Assembly: GCA_965224245.1 (NCBI GenBank)
Contig: OZ245046.1
Span: 5,792,001 to 5,856,000, forward strand
Direction of reading: 5' to 3'
DNA: 64,000 bases
Origin: Candidatus Eiseniibacteriota bacterium
Lineage (GTDB): Bacteria > Eisenbacteria > RBG-16-71-46 > CAZAMP01
Shown here one piece after another: positions 20,727 through 31,583 of this stretch. The notes under the pieces were generated by a model that saw nothing but the letters and a program-made list of their open reading frames with translations, was not told the origin of the DNA and did no database searches. Numbering within the stretch: the first letter of the stretch is position 1; the number at the start of each line of letters is the position of its first letter. The position numbers and the translations under genes are program-made.

Positions 20727-20783
20727 GCCGCGCACTCCCTTCCGTACCTTACGTGCGATCGCACAAGATGATAGGAGATCGGG

Positions 20784-21533
20784 ATGACCAACCGGCTGGC
20801 GGTGGTGGCAGGGATAGGGGGGTTGGTTCTCCTGCCGGCGGTGGCTTTCGGGTTCGATCACGCGCAATCGGCCGCGATGGGCGCCACGCTGGGGACGTTG
20901 CAGTACCTCGCCGACGAGGACTCCCGCGCCGACGCGTCGCCGCGGTTCGCCTTCGGCGCGACCTTCGAGTACTCCAGGTCCGCGAGATCGGCGATTCGTC
21001 TCGACACGAGTCTCGGCTGGGTCTCCTATCCGGATGACAAGTCTCCGGTGACCGCCGGCGTTCGGGACTCCCGTCCGGTCAAGCAGGTCTGGCCGACGGT
21101 GTTCTCGCTGATCCGCCGGTTCGACACCGAGGGCGACAACTTCTTCTACGCGGGCGCGGGAGCGGGACTCTACTGGTGGCGCTTCCGAATCAGCGGCAAG
21201 ACACAGCGCGACCCCGAGACGCTCGAGCGCGTCGAGTCCGGCCGCGTCTTCACGTTCGATCCGGGCGTGCACGCCCTTCTGGGATACGAGCGACCGGTGT
21301 CGGACAACGTGGCGATCCAGGGCGAGGCGTTCGCCCACTACGTGTTCAGCGCGAACGACACCGACCGCCCGGACAAGGACGCCGACTCGGAGTACGCGGA
21401 CTATCCCGTGTTCAACGGCAACGACGTGATCATCTCCGGCAGGATCGGCTTGAAGCTGTACTTCGATCTGGAACGGGTCGAGGAGCCCGAGGAGGAGTGG
21501 GTCGATCCTCGGAGGCGCACCGACGGCTCGTGA
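20784..21533 (+). CDS. Small outer-membrane beta-barrel protein
   Basis: AGGAG RBS, signal peptide, amphipathic strands ([31 protein letters not shown]). Confidence 0.7.
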   Translation: MTNRLAVVAGIGGLVLLPAVAFGFDHAQSAAMGATLGTLQYLADEDSRADASPRFAFGATFEYSRSARSAIRLDTSLGWVSYPDDKSPVTAGVRDSRPVKQVWPTVFSLIRRFDTEGDNFFYAGAGAGLYWWRFRISGKTQRDPETLERVESGRVFTFDPGVHALLGYERPVSDNVAIQGEAFAHYVFSANDTDRPDKDADSEYADYPVFNGNDVIISGRIGLKLYFDLERVEEPEEEWVDPRRRTDGS

Positions 21534-21659
21534 CGCGTCGCCGGTGCGACCGGCCACGCCGGCGCCGGCCCGGCGACGCAGGACGAAGATGTGGATGATG
21601 GCGGATCTCGAGAGCCCGGTTTCGGCCGGGCTTCTTTGCACCCGCGAAAGGAGCCTGTC

Positions 21660-23132
21660 GTGAGCGAGGAGCGTTTCGTCTCCGACGAAGGCCTGACCTT
21701 CGACGATGTCCTGTTGGTTCCTCGCCGCAGCGGTGTCCATCCCACCGAGGTGAGCACCGCCACGAACCTGACCGAGCGAATCCGCCTGAACCTACCGTTC
21801 GTGTCGGCCGCGATGGATACCGTCACCGAGGCCCAGCTCGCGATCTCGATCGCGCGCGAGGGGGGCATCGGCATCGTGCACCGCAATCTCGGCATCGCCG
21901 AGCAGGCCGAGGAGGTCGACAAGGTCAAGCGTTCGGAGAGCGGCATGATCCTCGACCCGGTCACGATCGGACCCGACGCGTCGGTCGCAACCGCCCTGGC
22001 GCTGATGTCCAAGTACCGCATCTCGGGCGTGCCGATCACCGACGACGGGCGCCTGGTCGGCATCCTCACCAACCGCGACCTCCGCTTCATCGAGAACGCC
22101 AACGTGCCGGTCTCCGAGGTCATGACCCGCGACGGGCTGATCACCGCGGAGGTCGGGACGACGCTCGAGGAGGCCAAGCAGATCCTCCACGACAACCGGA
22201 TCGAGAAGCTGCCGGTCGTGGACGCCGAGCGCCGCGTGAAGGGGCTCATCACCGTCAAGGACATCCAGAAGCGCATCAAGTACCCGAACTCGAGCAAGGA
22301 CGACAAGGGCCGCCTGCGTGCGGGCGCCGCCATCGGCGCCAACGGCGACTACCTCGAACGAGCGGCGGAGCTGGTGAAGGCGGGGGTCGATCTCCTGTGT
22401 CTCGACAGCGCGCACGGCCACTCCGAGGACATCCTCCGCGCGACGGAGACGGTCAAGTCCCGCTACGGCGACATCGACGTGATGGCCGGCAACGTGGCCA
22501 CCGAGGCCGCGACGCGCGATCTGATCGCGGCCGGCGCCGACGTGGTGAAGGTGGGCATGGGACCGGGCGCCATCTGCACGACGCGCGTGATCGCCGGTAT
22601 CGGCGTGCCGCAGGTCACCGCGGTCATGGACTGCGCCCGCGCGGCCCGCGAGAAAGGCGTCACGATCGTGGCAGACGGCGGGATCCGCTACTCCGGCGAC
22701 GTCACCAAGGCGCTGGCGGCAGGAGCCGATGCCGTCATGATCGGGAGCCTGTTCGCCGGTGTGGCCGAGAGCCCCGGTGAGACGATCCTGTACCAGGGTC
22801 GCTCGTACAAGGCCTACCGGGGCATGGGGTCGGTGGGGGCGATGGAGAGCCGCGGTGGTCGCGAGCGATACGGACAGGGCGACGTCGACGAGCGCGAGAA
22901 GCTCATCGCCGAGGGCATCGAGGGGCGGGTCCCCTACAAGGGACCCCTGCACGCGGTCATCTTTCAGCTCGTCGGCGGTCTTCGCTCCGGGATGGGATAC
23001 TGCGGCGTGGACACGCTCGAGAAGCTGCGCACCGAGACGCAGTTCCTCCGTGTGACGGCGGCGTCGGTCACCGAGAGCCACCCGCACGATCTGACGATCA
23101 CCAAGGAAGCACCGAACTACGAGATTCGCTGA
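21660..23132 (+). CDS. guaB: Inosine-5'-monophosphate dehydrogenase
   Basis: [20 protein letters not shown] pair, [22 protein letters not shown] and EGIEG. Confidence 0.97.
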   Translation: MSEERFVSDEGLTFDDVLLVPRRSGVHPTEVSTATNLTERIRLNLPFVSAAMDTVTEAQLAISIAREGGIGIVHRNLGIAEQAEEVDKVKRSESGMILDPVTIGPDASVATALALMSKYRISGVPITDDGRLVGILTNRDLRFIENANVPVSEVMTRDGLITAEVGTTLEEAKQILHDNRIEKLPVVDAERRVKGLITVKDIQKRIKYPNSSKDDKGRLRAGAAIGANGDYLERAAELVKAGVDLLCLDSAHGHSEDILRATETVKSRYGDIDVMAGNVATEAATRDLIAAGADVVKVGMGPGAICTTRVIAGIGVPQVTAVMDCARAAREKGVTIVADGGIRYSGDVTKALAAGADAVMIGSLFAGVAESPGETILYQGRSYKAYRGMGSVGAMESRGGRERYGQGDVDEREKLIAEGIEGRVPYKGPLHAVIFQLVGGLRSGMGYCGVDTLEKLRTETQFLRVTAASVTESHPHDLTITKEAPNYEIR

Positions 23133-23172
23133 GCCGACCCCCGTAGCCCGAGCGTCAACGGAGTCGTCCCCT

Positions 23173-24465
23173 GTGCGCGTCCTGTACCTGGCCTACGAGT
23201 TTCCACCGGCCGTCGGGGGCGGCGTCATGCGCGCGGTGAAGTTCGCGACGTACCTTCGCGACTTCGGGTGGGACCCCGTCGTGCTCACGGTCGCCCGGCG
23301 TGCGCACGCCCGAGCCGAGGCGCTTCCCGATGGGCTCGAGGTGCATCGCGTCCGATCGCTGGTGCCGCCGGAGGATCAGAGGGCCGGACGCCGTCGGGTG
23401 GATGATGGTCGCCGTGCGGGTGGTCCGACCGGTCGCCGGTGGCTGGATCGGGTGCGGGACCGGTTCCTGGTGCCCGACACGCGCGTTCTCTGGTGGCCAC
23501 TCGCGAGGCGTCGCGCGCTCGCGCTGCATCGCGACGCGCCGTTCGACGCCGTGCTCGCGACCGCTCCACCGTTCTCGGCACTGTGCCTGGGAAGGGAGCT
23601 GGCGCGGCGCTTCCGGATTCCGTTCGTGGCCGACCTGCGCGATCCCTGGGTCGATTCGTTCGCGTCACTCCGCGCGGCCGAACGCCCCGAGCGCATGCGT
23701 CGCGAGGAGGCGATGGAGCGGCTCGTGGTCAGGGACGCGGCGGCGGTCGTGGTGACCGCGCCCGCGCTGGCCGAGGCCCTGGCCGAGCGTCACCCGGAGA
23801 GCGGCTCCACGCGCTTTCACGTGATCACCAACGGGTTCGATCCCGCCGACTACGAGGGCGTCGCGCCGCGTGAGCTGGATCATCCGGCGCTCGTGTACAC
23901 CGGGAAGCTCACGACGCAGTACGCACCGGATGCGCTGGCCGCCATGCTGCGCGAGCTCCGCTCACAGGATGCCGACGGGGCGCCGGAGATCCGCCTGCAC
24001 GTGGTCGGGGACGTGGATGCGGTGGCCGCCGGTGCCTTCGAACGGGCCGGCGTCGCATCCGCGGTCACGTTTCACGGGCCGGTGCCGCCGTCCGAGGTCC
24101 GCCGGTTTCAGCTCGGGGCCGACGTCCTCGTGTCGAGCCTGGGGCCCGACGACGCGCGGATCCGGATCTCGGGCAAGGTCTTCGAGTACCTCGCGACCGG
24201 ACGTCCGATCCTGGCGCTCGTCCCGCCGGGAGGCGCGACGGCGGAGATCGTCCGGGCGACGCCCCTGGGGCGCGTGTGCGATCCCTCCGATCCCGCCCGA
24301 GCGGCGCGCGCGCTCGTCGAGCTCCTGAGCGCGCCGCAGGTGACCGCGACGCCCCCGTCGACGTACGACCGGCGAACGCTCACCGGCGCGCTCGCGAGGA
24401 TCCTCACCGACGCCCGCGCGGCGGCCGACGGAGCCCCCCCCACGAGGTCCGGGGGCGACCGTTGA
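23173..24465 (+). CDS. GT4 (GT-B) glycosyltransferase
   Basis: YEFPPAVGGGVMR, ADLRDPW, ITNGFD and GKVFEYLATGRPILA. Confidence 0.88.
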   Translation: MRVLYLAYEFPPAVGGGVMRAVKFATYLRDFGWDPVVLTVARRAHARAEALPDGLEVHRVRSLVPPEDQRAGRRRVDDGRRAGGPTGRRWLDRVRDRFLVPDTRVLWWPLARRRALALHRDAPFDAVLATAPPFSALCLGRELARRFRIPFVADLRDPWVDSFASLRAAERPERMRREEAMERLVVRDAAAVVVTAPALAEALAERHPESGSTRFHVITNGFDPADYEGVAPRELDHPALVYTGKLTTQYAPDALAAMLRELRSQDADGAPEIRLHVVGDVDAVAAGAFERAGVASAVTFHGPVPPSEVRRFQLGADVLVSSLGPDDARIRISGKVFEYLATGRPILALVPPGGATAEIVRATPLGRVCDPSDPARAARALVELLSAPQVTATPPSTYDRRTLTGALARILTDARAAADGAPPTRSGGDR

Positions 24466-24977
24466 CCGTGCGCGCGCTGGCCGAGTCGCTCGGCATCTGG
24501 GAATCGATCACACGGGGCGTGAGCGCCCACGTCGGCGATCCCGCCCGGACCCGGTCGCTTCTCGACCGGGTCAGCCGGCTCTCGGTCCAGCGATCGCGAT
24601 CGACCCGGGCGTTCGGCATGTACGTGACCCGTCAGGGCTCGCCCGAGGCGATCCGCCTGCAGTTCGCGCAGGAGCCCGACGAGCTGCTCGAGACGTTTCG
24701 CCACGAGCTCGCGCACGCGTTCGACCACGTCAGCGGCGATCGGGACCGATCCGGCGGCGGTCCCCACGGTCCGACCTGGCGCGCGTGGGCCGTCGCGCTG
24801 GGCGCCCGGCCCGAGCGACGCGGGCGGAGCGCGGCGCTCGCGGCGCTCCGTCTCTCCCGCCTGAAGGTGGTCGCCGTCTGCGAGCGGTGTGGCTTCCGGC
24901 TTCGTCGCGTCCGCCGGCTGGATCGAGGGCGCACGTATCTGCACCGCGGCTGCGGCGGGCTCTTCGTGGGCATCTAA
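24462..24977 (+). CDS. SprT-like zinc metalloprotease
   Basis: TTG start overlapping the upstream stop; HELAH, PHGPTW, C-terminal CERCG...HRGCGG zinc ribbon. Confidence 0.8.
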   Translation: MTVRALAESLGIWESITRGVSAHVGDPARTRSLLDRVSRLSVQRSRSTRAFGMYVTRQGSPEAIRLQFAQEPDELLETFRHELAHAFDHVSGDRDRSGGGPHGPTWRAWAVALGARPERRGRSAALAALRLSRLKVVAVCERCGFRLRRVRRLDRGRTYLHRGCGGLFVGI

Positions 24978-25028
24978 TCTGCGTCCCGGGCGTCCGGCTC
25001 GTCGGCGCCGGCGACTCCCGATCGCGAC

Positions 25029-28000
25029 CTATCGCCAGTCGCCGGCGGCGACGAAGGCGGCCCAGTGGAACGGGTGCGTCGAATCGTGGCGGTAGCGCCG
25101 GGACCGGAGGATTCGCCGGCTCGCGTCGCGGACGGCCTCGGCGGTGGAGTCCCCGTGCACGAGCCGCGCGTCGTAGAGCGCGCGCATCCACTCCCGCGTG
25201 GCCAGATCGTCGACCGACCAGAGGCTCAGGATCGACGTGCTGACGCCGGCGGCGTGCAGCGCGCGCCGCAGCCCGAAGATCCCTTCGCGCGGTCGCAGCA
25301 CCCCGCGCCCGGTGTCGCATGCCGAGAGCACCGCCCACTGAACCCCCTCGAGATCCATGGTGGCGATCTCGACGCCGGTCAGGATGCCGTCGTCGTCGAG
25401 GGGGCGCTCGGCGCGGTCGTTCGCTCCGGTCAGCGCCAGGCCCGCGAGGAGGAGGGGGTTCAGGCCGGCGCCGGAGATGGAGGCGGTTACGCCGGCCGAG
25501 GGAGTGAGCCCGGAGACGGCTCGGCGGCGCGGCTCCGCGACGCTCACGTCGCAGCTCGCGGCCAGGAAGAACCCGTGCGTCGCGATGTGCACGATGCGCG
25601 TACCCGGCGCGAGCTGTCTGAGCATCGACTCGGATGCCTCGTCTCCGGTCAGGCCCACCGCGGGCTCGCCGTCGTGCGCGGCCGATCGCCACATGGAGAC
25701 GAGATCGGTCACCTCGTGGCGCGACTGAGGGAGCGGTGTGAAGTGGACGTCGGCCAGCGAGCAGGGAGCCGATCCGGGATCGGGTCGCGACGCCGGGTCC
25801 CGGCGCGACGCCTCATGCTCCCGGGCGCTCCCGACGATGTCGTCATCCGCCGATGCCACGAGGCCAGCGTCGAAGCTCGGGCTGCCCAGCGCCAGGAATC
25901 CCCATCCCGGCGTGGCCTCGTCGAGCACGTCACGCTCGGTCGTCAGGAGGTGGATGATCGGGCCGTGCTCGATCAGGAACGTCCCGTCGTCCTCGGTCAG
26001 CGCACCGAGCGCGACCCGGTGAAGGATGCCGTCGGGCACCACCAGGATCGCGTTCGTCCGGGCGCGATCGATCCCGTTCACGCTCGGGTCGACCACGTCC
26101 GTGATCGGGTCGATCACATCCGTGATCGGGTCCCAGATTCGCCGGCGAAGCGCCGTGGCCACTCCCAGATACGCGGCATCGGCCTCGGCGTCGGGACGGC
26201 TCATCGCGTGACCCAGCGTGGTCTCGTCCCGCCAGCGATCGGCCAGGAGATCGATCTCGGCCGCCGACCCGAGTCGCAGCATGTGCACGCCCGCGGCTCC
26301 ATCGGCGGATCGGCCGGGGGGCAGGACGAACGCGACGTACTCGGGGTCCGGAAGCGAGGTCCGATGAAACGCGACCAGTGCGTGATCCGGCGGCAGCGCC
26401 CGCTCCAGATCGTCGACGCGGCAGACCGCACGCGCTCGCCGCCGGCGAAACGGCTCGCTCACCCGCGCCAGCTCGCGCTCGGCGTCGTCCTCGTCACGAA
26501 CCGCCTCCGCGATGGAGGCTCGCAGGTCGTCGGGATCGTCCTCGGGATCCAGCGACACCAGATGAGCCAGGCGTGCGCTCGTCTCGATGACCCGTGAGAG
26601 TGCGGCGGCTACCTCCGGATCGTCGGCTCCCCGCGACGCGCGCGCGCGCTCGGCCAGCTCGTCCAGGAGCACGGCGCGGGACGCGATGATCGCGTCCCAG
26701 GTTCGTCTGACGTCGTCCGGATCGTTCGGGTCGGCCAGCGCCACCGCGTGGTCCAGCGCGTTGTCGCGCGTGGCGGAGTAGCGCAGCGCGAGACGCTCGG
26801 GCATGGCCCGTGCGGTCAGCACCAGGTGCGTACGCGCGATGCGCTCGGCGGTGAGCGCCATCTCGAAGCGTTCGGAGACCGACCCCACGGCGCCGTCCAG
26901 GTAGTGCATGAGCGCGTTCGCGGTCGTCGGGTTGTCGGCCCCGTACTGCGTCTCGCAGATGTGCCGCGCTCGATCGAAGGACCGGCGAGCCCGATCGAGG
27001 TGTCCGGCCCGGGCGTCGAGGCGGCCGAGGTTCAGGAGGCTGTTCGCGATCTCGATGTTGTCGTCGGGGTAGACGTCCTGCCGGATGGAGAACGCGCGCT
27101 CGTGAAGCCGGTAGGCCTCGGCCCCGAGCGTGTCGTCGCCGGAGACGCCGGCCGAGTCGGCCAGCACCAGCCCCAGATTGTCCAGCGCGGCGGCCAGGCT
27201 GCTGCCGGGTGCACCCTCACCGCCCTCGCCGTCACCCTCCAGGATCGAGATGGCCTCCTCCAGATACGAACGGGCGCCGGCGAGATCGCCGGCCGCCAGC
27301 GCGTAGCTCCCGAGGTTCTGCAGCAGTGTACCGACGTCCTGCTGATCGGCCATGTCCATGCCGCGCATGATCGCCAGCGCCCGCTCCGCCGTGCGGCGAG
27401 CGCCGGTGAGATCTCCCGAGCGGCGCTGGAGGATCGAGCGCGAGTTCAGCACGCTCACGAGGTCCACGTGAGCGGGCCCGAGGCGGGTCTCGATCTGCGC
27501 GATCGCCTCGTCGAAGATCGCCATCGCCGGCGCGTAGTGTCCCAGCGCGACCTCCGTGCTCGCGAGCGCCGCGCGCGTTTTGCTGGACGTGGGATGCGTG
27601 GGGCCGAGGGTCTCGTCCAGGATCGAGACGGCCTCGCGCAGCGCGTCGCCGGCCTCGCGGTGGCGGCCCGCGGTCAGCGCCATGAGCCCCAGGCTTCGAT
27701 ACGTGCGGCCGATGAGCGGGTGTCGGGGCGGAAGCGACCGCACCCGGATCGCGAGGGCGCGCTCGAAGTGCTCGCGAGCGGCGTCGTAGTCACCTCGATA
27801 CCGGTCGAGGATCCCGATGTTCTGGTGGCTCGTGGCGAGCGCGAGGTCGTCCGGATGAAGCGCGGCCTCCCGGATCCGGAGCGCGCGCTCGAACGCGGCG
27901 CGCGCGTCGTCGCGCCGATCGATGATCGCGAAGACGGTACCGAGCCCGTCCAGCGACTCCGCCACGTCGACGTGATCGGCTCCCAGAGCATCCTCACGGA

Positions 28001-28448
28001 TCGCCACCGAGCGCTCACTGGCCGCGATCGCGGCCTCGAAGTCCCCGCGTCGCCGGTGGAGCGCGGCGATCACGTGCAACGTCGCGCCGACGCTCTCGTG
28101 CTCGGGACCGAAGAGCCGCCGCCGGAGCGACAGCGCCGACTCGGCCAGGGCGGTCACCTCGTCACCCACTCGGTTCGCGCTCACGTGCAGCGACAGATCG
28201 GCGTCGAGGAGATCGGCGTACCGGGTCGAATCGTGTTCCGCTCCGGTCTCGAACGCGCTTCGCCACGCCCCGATCGCACTGTCGGCCTCCGCGAAGCGTC
28301 CGAGCTCGACGAGCCCGGTAATGGCGCTCCGCCGATCGCCGGCATCCGTGGCGGAGGTGACGGAGGACGGGAGGCCGGCGACGGCCGCGCACGCGACCGC
28401 CGCCAGGCTGAGGGAGGTGACGTCAGCGGAGAATCTGCAGCTTGCCAT
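25029..28448 (-). CDS. TPR-repeat CHAT (caspase/separase-like) domain protein
   Basis: About ten ~42-aa kinesin-light-chain-type TPRs; VPDGILH, HIATHG, LSACDTG, SLWSVDD and HPFHWAAFVAAG. Confidence 0.9.
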   Translation of the reverse strand: MASCRFSADVTSLSLAAVACAAVAGLPSSVTSATDAGDRRSAITGLVELGRFAEADSAIGAWRSAFETGAEHDSTRYADLLDADLSLHVSANRVGDEVTALAESALSLRRRLFGPEHESVGATLHVIAALHRRRGDFEAAIAASERSVAIREDALGADHVDVAESLDGLGTVFAIIDRRDDARAAFERALRIREAALHPDDLALATSHQNIGILDRYRGDYDAAREHFERALAIRVRSLPPRHPLIGRTYRSLGLMALTAGRHREAGDALREAVSILDETLGPTHPTSSKTRAALASTEVALGHYAPAMAIFDEAIAQIETRLGPAHVDLVSVLNSRSILQRRSGDLTGARRTAERALAIMRGMDMADQQDVGTLLQNLGSYALAAGDLAGARSYLEEAISILEGDGEGGEGAPGSSLAAALDNLGLVLADSAGVSGDDTLGAEAYRLHERAFSIRQDVYPDDNIEIANSLLNLGRLDARAGHLDRARRSFDRARHICETQYGADNPTTANALMHYLDGAVGSVSERFEMALTAERIARTHLVLTARAMPERLALRYSATRDNALDHAVALADPNDPDDVRRTWDAIIASRAVLLDELAERARASRGADDPEVAAALSRVIETSARLAHLVSLDPEDDPDDLRASIAEAVRDEDDAERELARVSEPFRRRRARAVCRVDDLERALPPDHALVAFHRTSLPDPEYVAFVLPPGRSADGAAGVHMLRLGSAAEIDLLADRWRDETTLGHAMSRPDAEADAAYLGVATALRRRIWDPITDVIDPITDVVDPSVNGIDRARTNAILVVPDGILHRVALGALTEDDGTFLIEHGPIIHLLTTERDVLDEATPGWGFLALGSPSFDAGLVASADDDIVGSAREHEASRRDPASRPDPGSAPCSLADVHFTPLPQSRHEVTDLVSMWRSAAHDGEPAVGLTGDEASESMLRQLAPGTRIVHIATHGFFLAASCDVSVAEPRRRAVSGLTPSAGVTASISGAGLNPLLLAGLALTGANDRAERPLDDDGILTGVEIATMDLEGVQWAVLSACDTGRGVLRPREGIFGLRRALHAAGVSTSILSLWSVDDLATREWMRALYDARLVHGDSTAEAVRDASRRILRSRRYRHDSTHPFHWAAFVAAGDWR

Positions 28449-31377
28449 GCGTGTGCGACTCGCCGGTCACGTTCCGGGCCGTGACCCTGTAGAAGTACAC
28501 GCCGGGAGTGACCCGATCGCCCGCGGACGTGCGGCCGTCCCACAGGACGCGATTCGTGCCCGCGGATGCCGCCTCGGCCATCGTCGCGATCCGGCGGCCG
28601 CCGGCGTCGAACACGTCCACCGATACCGGGACCGCGCCGGAGCCGGTCACGTCGAACACGAACGCCGCCGGTCCATCCCGGAGCGGGTTGGGCGACACGC
28701 CGGCGAACCGGACGGTGGAGACCGCCGGCACCGACGTCGGATCATCGACCGTCGGATCATCGACCGCGATCACGCCGGCGCCGCCGTCGAGGCACCAGGT
28801 CTTGCCGCCGCCCGCGGTGAGGTACTGCGTTCCGGCCACGACGTCGGGCGTTCCGTTCCCGTTCACGTCGCCGATCGCGCGCACCGTGAGCACGGTCGCG
28901 TCCAGGTGGTCATCCGTATCCCAAACCCGCTCACCGGAGGCGCCGTCGATGCAGTAGGCTTTCTGGTCCTGGCTGCCGGCGATCACCTCGGGGACACCGT
29001 CGCCGGTCACATCGGGCATCCAGTCGACCGACCAGTTGTTCTCACCCGTCGTGTAGGACCAGTGGAGAGCCCCGGTCGCGCCATCCAGAACGCGGAAGTT
29101 GGGTCCGAAGCCGCAGGCCACGACGTCCTGGACGCCGTCCCCGGTGACGTCGGGAATCGTCCTGGACTCGAGCACGGGCCAGCCGGTGATGTGCTCCCAC
29201 TCGACGCCGCCGCTCGCTCCGCTCAGGCAAAAGACGCGACTGGACCACGAGCCGGCGATCACGTCGGGCAGCCCGTCGCCCGAGACGTCCTCGATCTCGT
29301 CGACGAAGTAGGCGGTGCCGCCGGTGTCGAAGCTCCAGAGCACCGTGGCGAAGCCCGTGCTGGCACCGCTGAGGCAGTACACGAACTCGTCGGAGCTCGC
29401 GCCGACCACGTCCTGAACACCGTCTCCGGATACGTCACCGATCGACGTCACCGACTGGACCGCGTCGCCGGTGATGTAGGCGAAGCGGAGCGCGCCGGTG
29501 GCGCCGTCGAGGCCGTAGATCCGCCGGGATCCACCGCCGGATCCATCGGTTCCGGCCCCGGCCAGGACCTCGGGAAGACCATCGCCCGAGACGTCCTCCA
29601 GCACGTCGACCGAGTACACCCAGCCGCCACCGTGCACGGACGTGGCGTACGACCACAGGAGCGCGCCGTCCTCGCTGCCGCGGACCTCGACGCGCTGCCC
29701 GCCCCACGCCACGCCGCGGACGATCTCGGGGAACGTGTCACCGTCCAGATCGGCGATCGTGGCCAGGCAGTCGTCGCCGTAGCCGCCGCTGGCCCCCGCG
29801 CCGACAGCCCAGGCGGACACGCCGACGCCGTCGCTGTTGCCGTAGTACGCGACGTGCGGGTCGCCGCTGGCGCCCGCGTCGTAGGACTCCGACACGAGAT
29901 CGGGGATGCCGTCGCCGGTGATGTCGGCGATCGGCAGCGTGGTCACGACGTTCTCGATCCCCTGGGCGCTCCAGATCACGTCTCCACCCGCGTAGGTCCG
30001 CAGAACGCCGGTGCCGCTGGCCGCGAGCGTCTCGGTCGGCGTGGATGGATCGTCGCTCTGGATGCTGATCGTTCCTCCGTAGGCGATCTCCTCGGTCGGG
30101 GCGAAGACGATGGTGGCGTCGAACGACTCGAACGTCGAGAGCGTGATCGGCAGCGCATCGTGCAGCGCCGTGAACGCCGGATCGTCCGAGGCGATGTCGG
30201 TGACGGTGAGGTCCTGGAAGCCCACGTTCTCGATCGTCAGTATCCGGCCCTCCACAAGACCGACGCCGGTGTCGTCGAACACCGGGAGCCCGGCCACGTT
30301 GATGGTGGCATCGGCGAACACACCCGTGCCCTCGAGCGGGATCACGAGGGATCCCTCGTCGATGTCGTCGCTCTCGACGGTCATGTTCACCGCGAACGAG
30401 CCGGCGCCCGGCGGGTCGAACGTGACGTCGAACATCAGCGTCCCGCCCGGCGACAGCACGACGGGAAACGAGATGGCGTCACGCGAGAACGCGCCGCCCA
30501 CGACGACGTCGGAGATCGTCAGGTCGCCGTCGCCGTCGTTGCGCAGCGTCTGGGAGTACGAGGCGGGAGATCCGAGCGCCACGATGCCGAAGTCGAAGCT
30601 GGTCGGGATGGCCGTGATGTCGGGTGTGCCCGCGCCCGCGAGATCGATCTGGTAGATGCGCCGGCCGCCGCCCGAGGTCGCGTTGGCCACGAGCCACATG
30701 TAGCCGCCGCCGATCGCGATGCCCTTGGGGCCGCCACCGGGCGACGCGAAGTCCGAGAGGACGGCGCCCCCGGGGTAGGTCAGGTTCCAGATGTTCTCGG
30801 GGTCGCCGTCGATGTCGTCCATGCCGTTCCAGATCGTGCCGTCGGATCCGTCGTACGCGATCCCGAACGGCTGGAGTCCGGGGCTGGGTATCGTATTCAG
30901 TATGGTGCCGTCGGCCGGATCGACCACGAGCACGTCGGCCTGATCGTTCGGGTAGTAGCGTGACACCAGGAGGTTCGTTCCGTCCCAGGACAGCCCGCCC
31001 ACCGCATCGGTCGGGCTCGGAATCGAGTCCAGCGTCGCGCCCGCCGCATCCAGCTCGTAGATCCAGTCCTTGCCGAAGTCTCCCGCGACCCAGAACGAGC
31101 TGCCGTCCCAGGTCACGCCGTGATTCGCGCCGAACGAGATGTGGTTCTCGTCGTATGGAGACGGGAGCACGTCGAGCACCGTGCCGTCGGCCGGATCCAG
31201 CTTGTAGATGAAGCCGTCGGAGTCGTCGCCTTGCCAGAGGAACCCGTCGTGGTAATCGAGTCCCCACGCACCGGACGTCGCGTCGATGATGTTGACCACG
31301 GTCTGGGATGGCGCGCTCGTGGCGAGCGCGATCGTAGCGGCGGCGAGAGCCGTCACGGTGTGCACGAGACGCTTCAT
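28423..31377 (-). CDS. Secreted multidomain protein: beta-propeller, two Ig-like (choice-of-anchor D-like) domains, FG-GAP/PQQ-like propeller, FlgD-Ig/T9SS-like C-terminus
   Basis: Signal peptide; GLSWDG-type repeats; FDFG...LRNDGDGDLTISD; many D(V/I)xGDGxxD/E repeats; PNPLR...WDGR...PGVYFYRV...KLQILR. Confidence 0.85.
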   Translation of the reverse strand: MKRLVHTVTALAAATIALATSAPSQTVVNIIDATSGAWGLDYHDGFLWQGDDSDGFIYKLDPADGTVLDVLPSPYDENHISFGANHGVTWDGSSFWVAGDFGKDWIYELDAAGATLDSIPSPTDAVGGLSWDGTNLLVSRYYPNDQADVLVVDPADGTILNTIPSPGLQPFGIAYDGSDGTIWNGMDDIDGDPENIWNLTYPGGAVLSDFASPGGGPKGIAIGGGYMWLVANATSGGGRRIYQIDLAGAGTPDITAIPTSFDFGIVALGSPASYSQTLRNDGDGDLTISDVVVGGAFSRDAISFPVVLSPGGTLMFDVTFDPPGAGSFAVNMTVESDDIDEGSLVIPLEGTGVFADATINVAGLPVFDDTGVGLVEGRILTIENVGFQDLTVTDIASDDPAFTALHDALPITLSTFESFDATIVFAPTEEIAYGGTISIQSDDPSTPTETLAASGTGVLRTYAGGDVIWSAQGIENVVTTLPIADITGDGIPDLVSESYDAGASGDPHVAYYGNSDGVGVSAWAVGAGASGGYGDDCLATIADLDGDTFPEIVRGVAWGGQRVEVRGSEDGALLWSYATSVHGGGWVYSVDVLEDVSGDGLPEVLAGAGTDGSGGGSRRIYGLDGATGALRFAYITGDAVQSVTSIGDVSGDGVQDVVGASSDEFVYCLSGASTGFATVLWSFDTGGTAYFVDEIEDVSGDGLPDVIAGSWSSRVFCLSGASGGVEWEHITGWPVLESRTIPDVTGDGVQDVVACGFGPNFRVLDGATGALHWSYTTGENNWSVDWMPDVTGDGVPEVIAGSQDQKAYCIDGASGERVWDTDDHLDATVLTVRAIGDVNGNGTPDVVAGTQYLTAGGGKTWCLDGGAGVIAVDDPTVDDPTSVPAVSTVRFAGVSPNPLRDGPAAFVFDVTGSGAVPVSVDVFDAGGRRIATMAEAASAGTNRVLWDGRTSAGDRVTPGVYFYRVTARNVTGESHTHGKLQILR

Positions 31378-31583
31378 GCGTTGATCTCCTGGGATGAAGG
31401 GGGCTCAAGTCTAGCCGAAATCGCGTTCCACCGCTCGGCTCATGGGTTTGACGCCGGCTCCGAACGGCGCCTAGACTCCGGCGGACGCGTCGGACGACCC
31501 GGTCCGACTCCGCGCCCGAACCCGAGCCGGAACGGCGGGTCTCACCAGGTCGGATCGTCGCCTCGCGTCGAAGGGAGTCTTCC

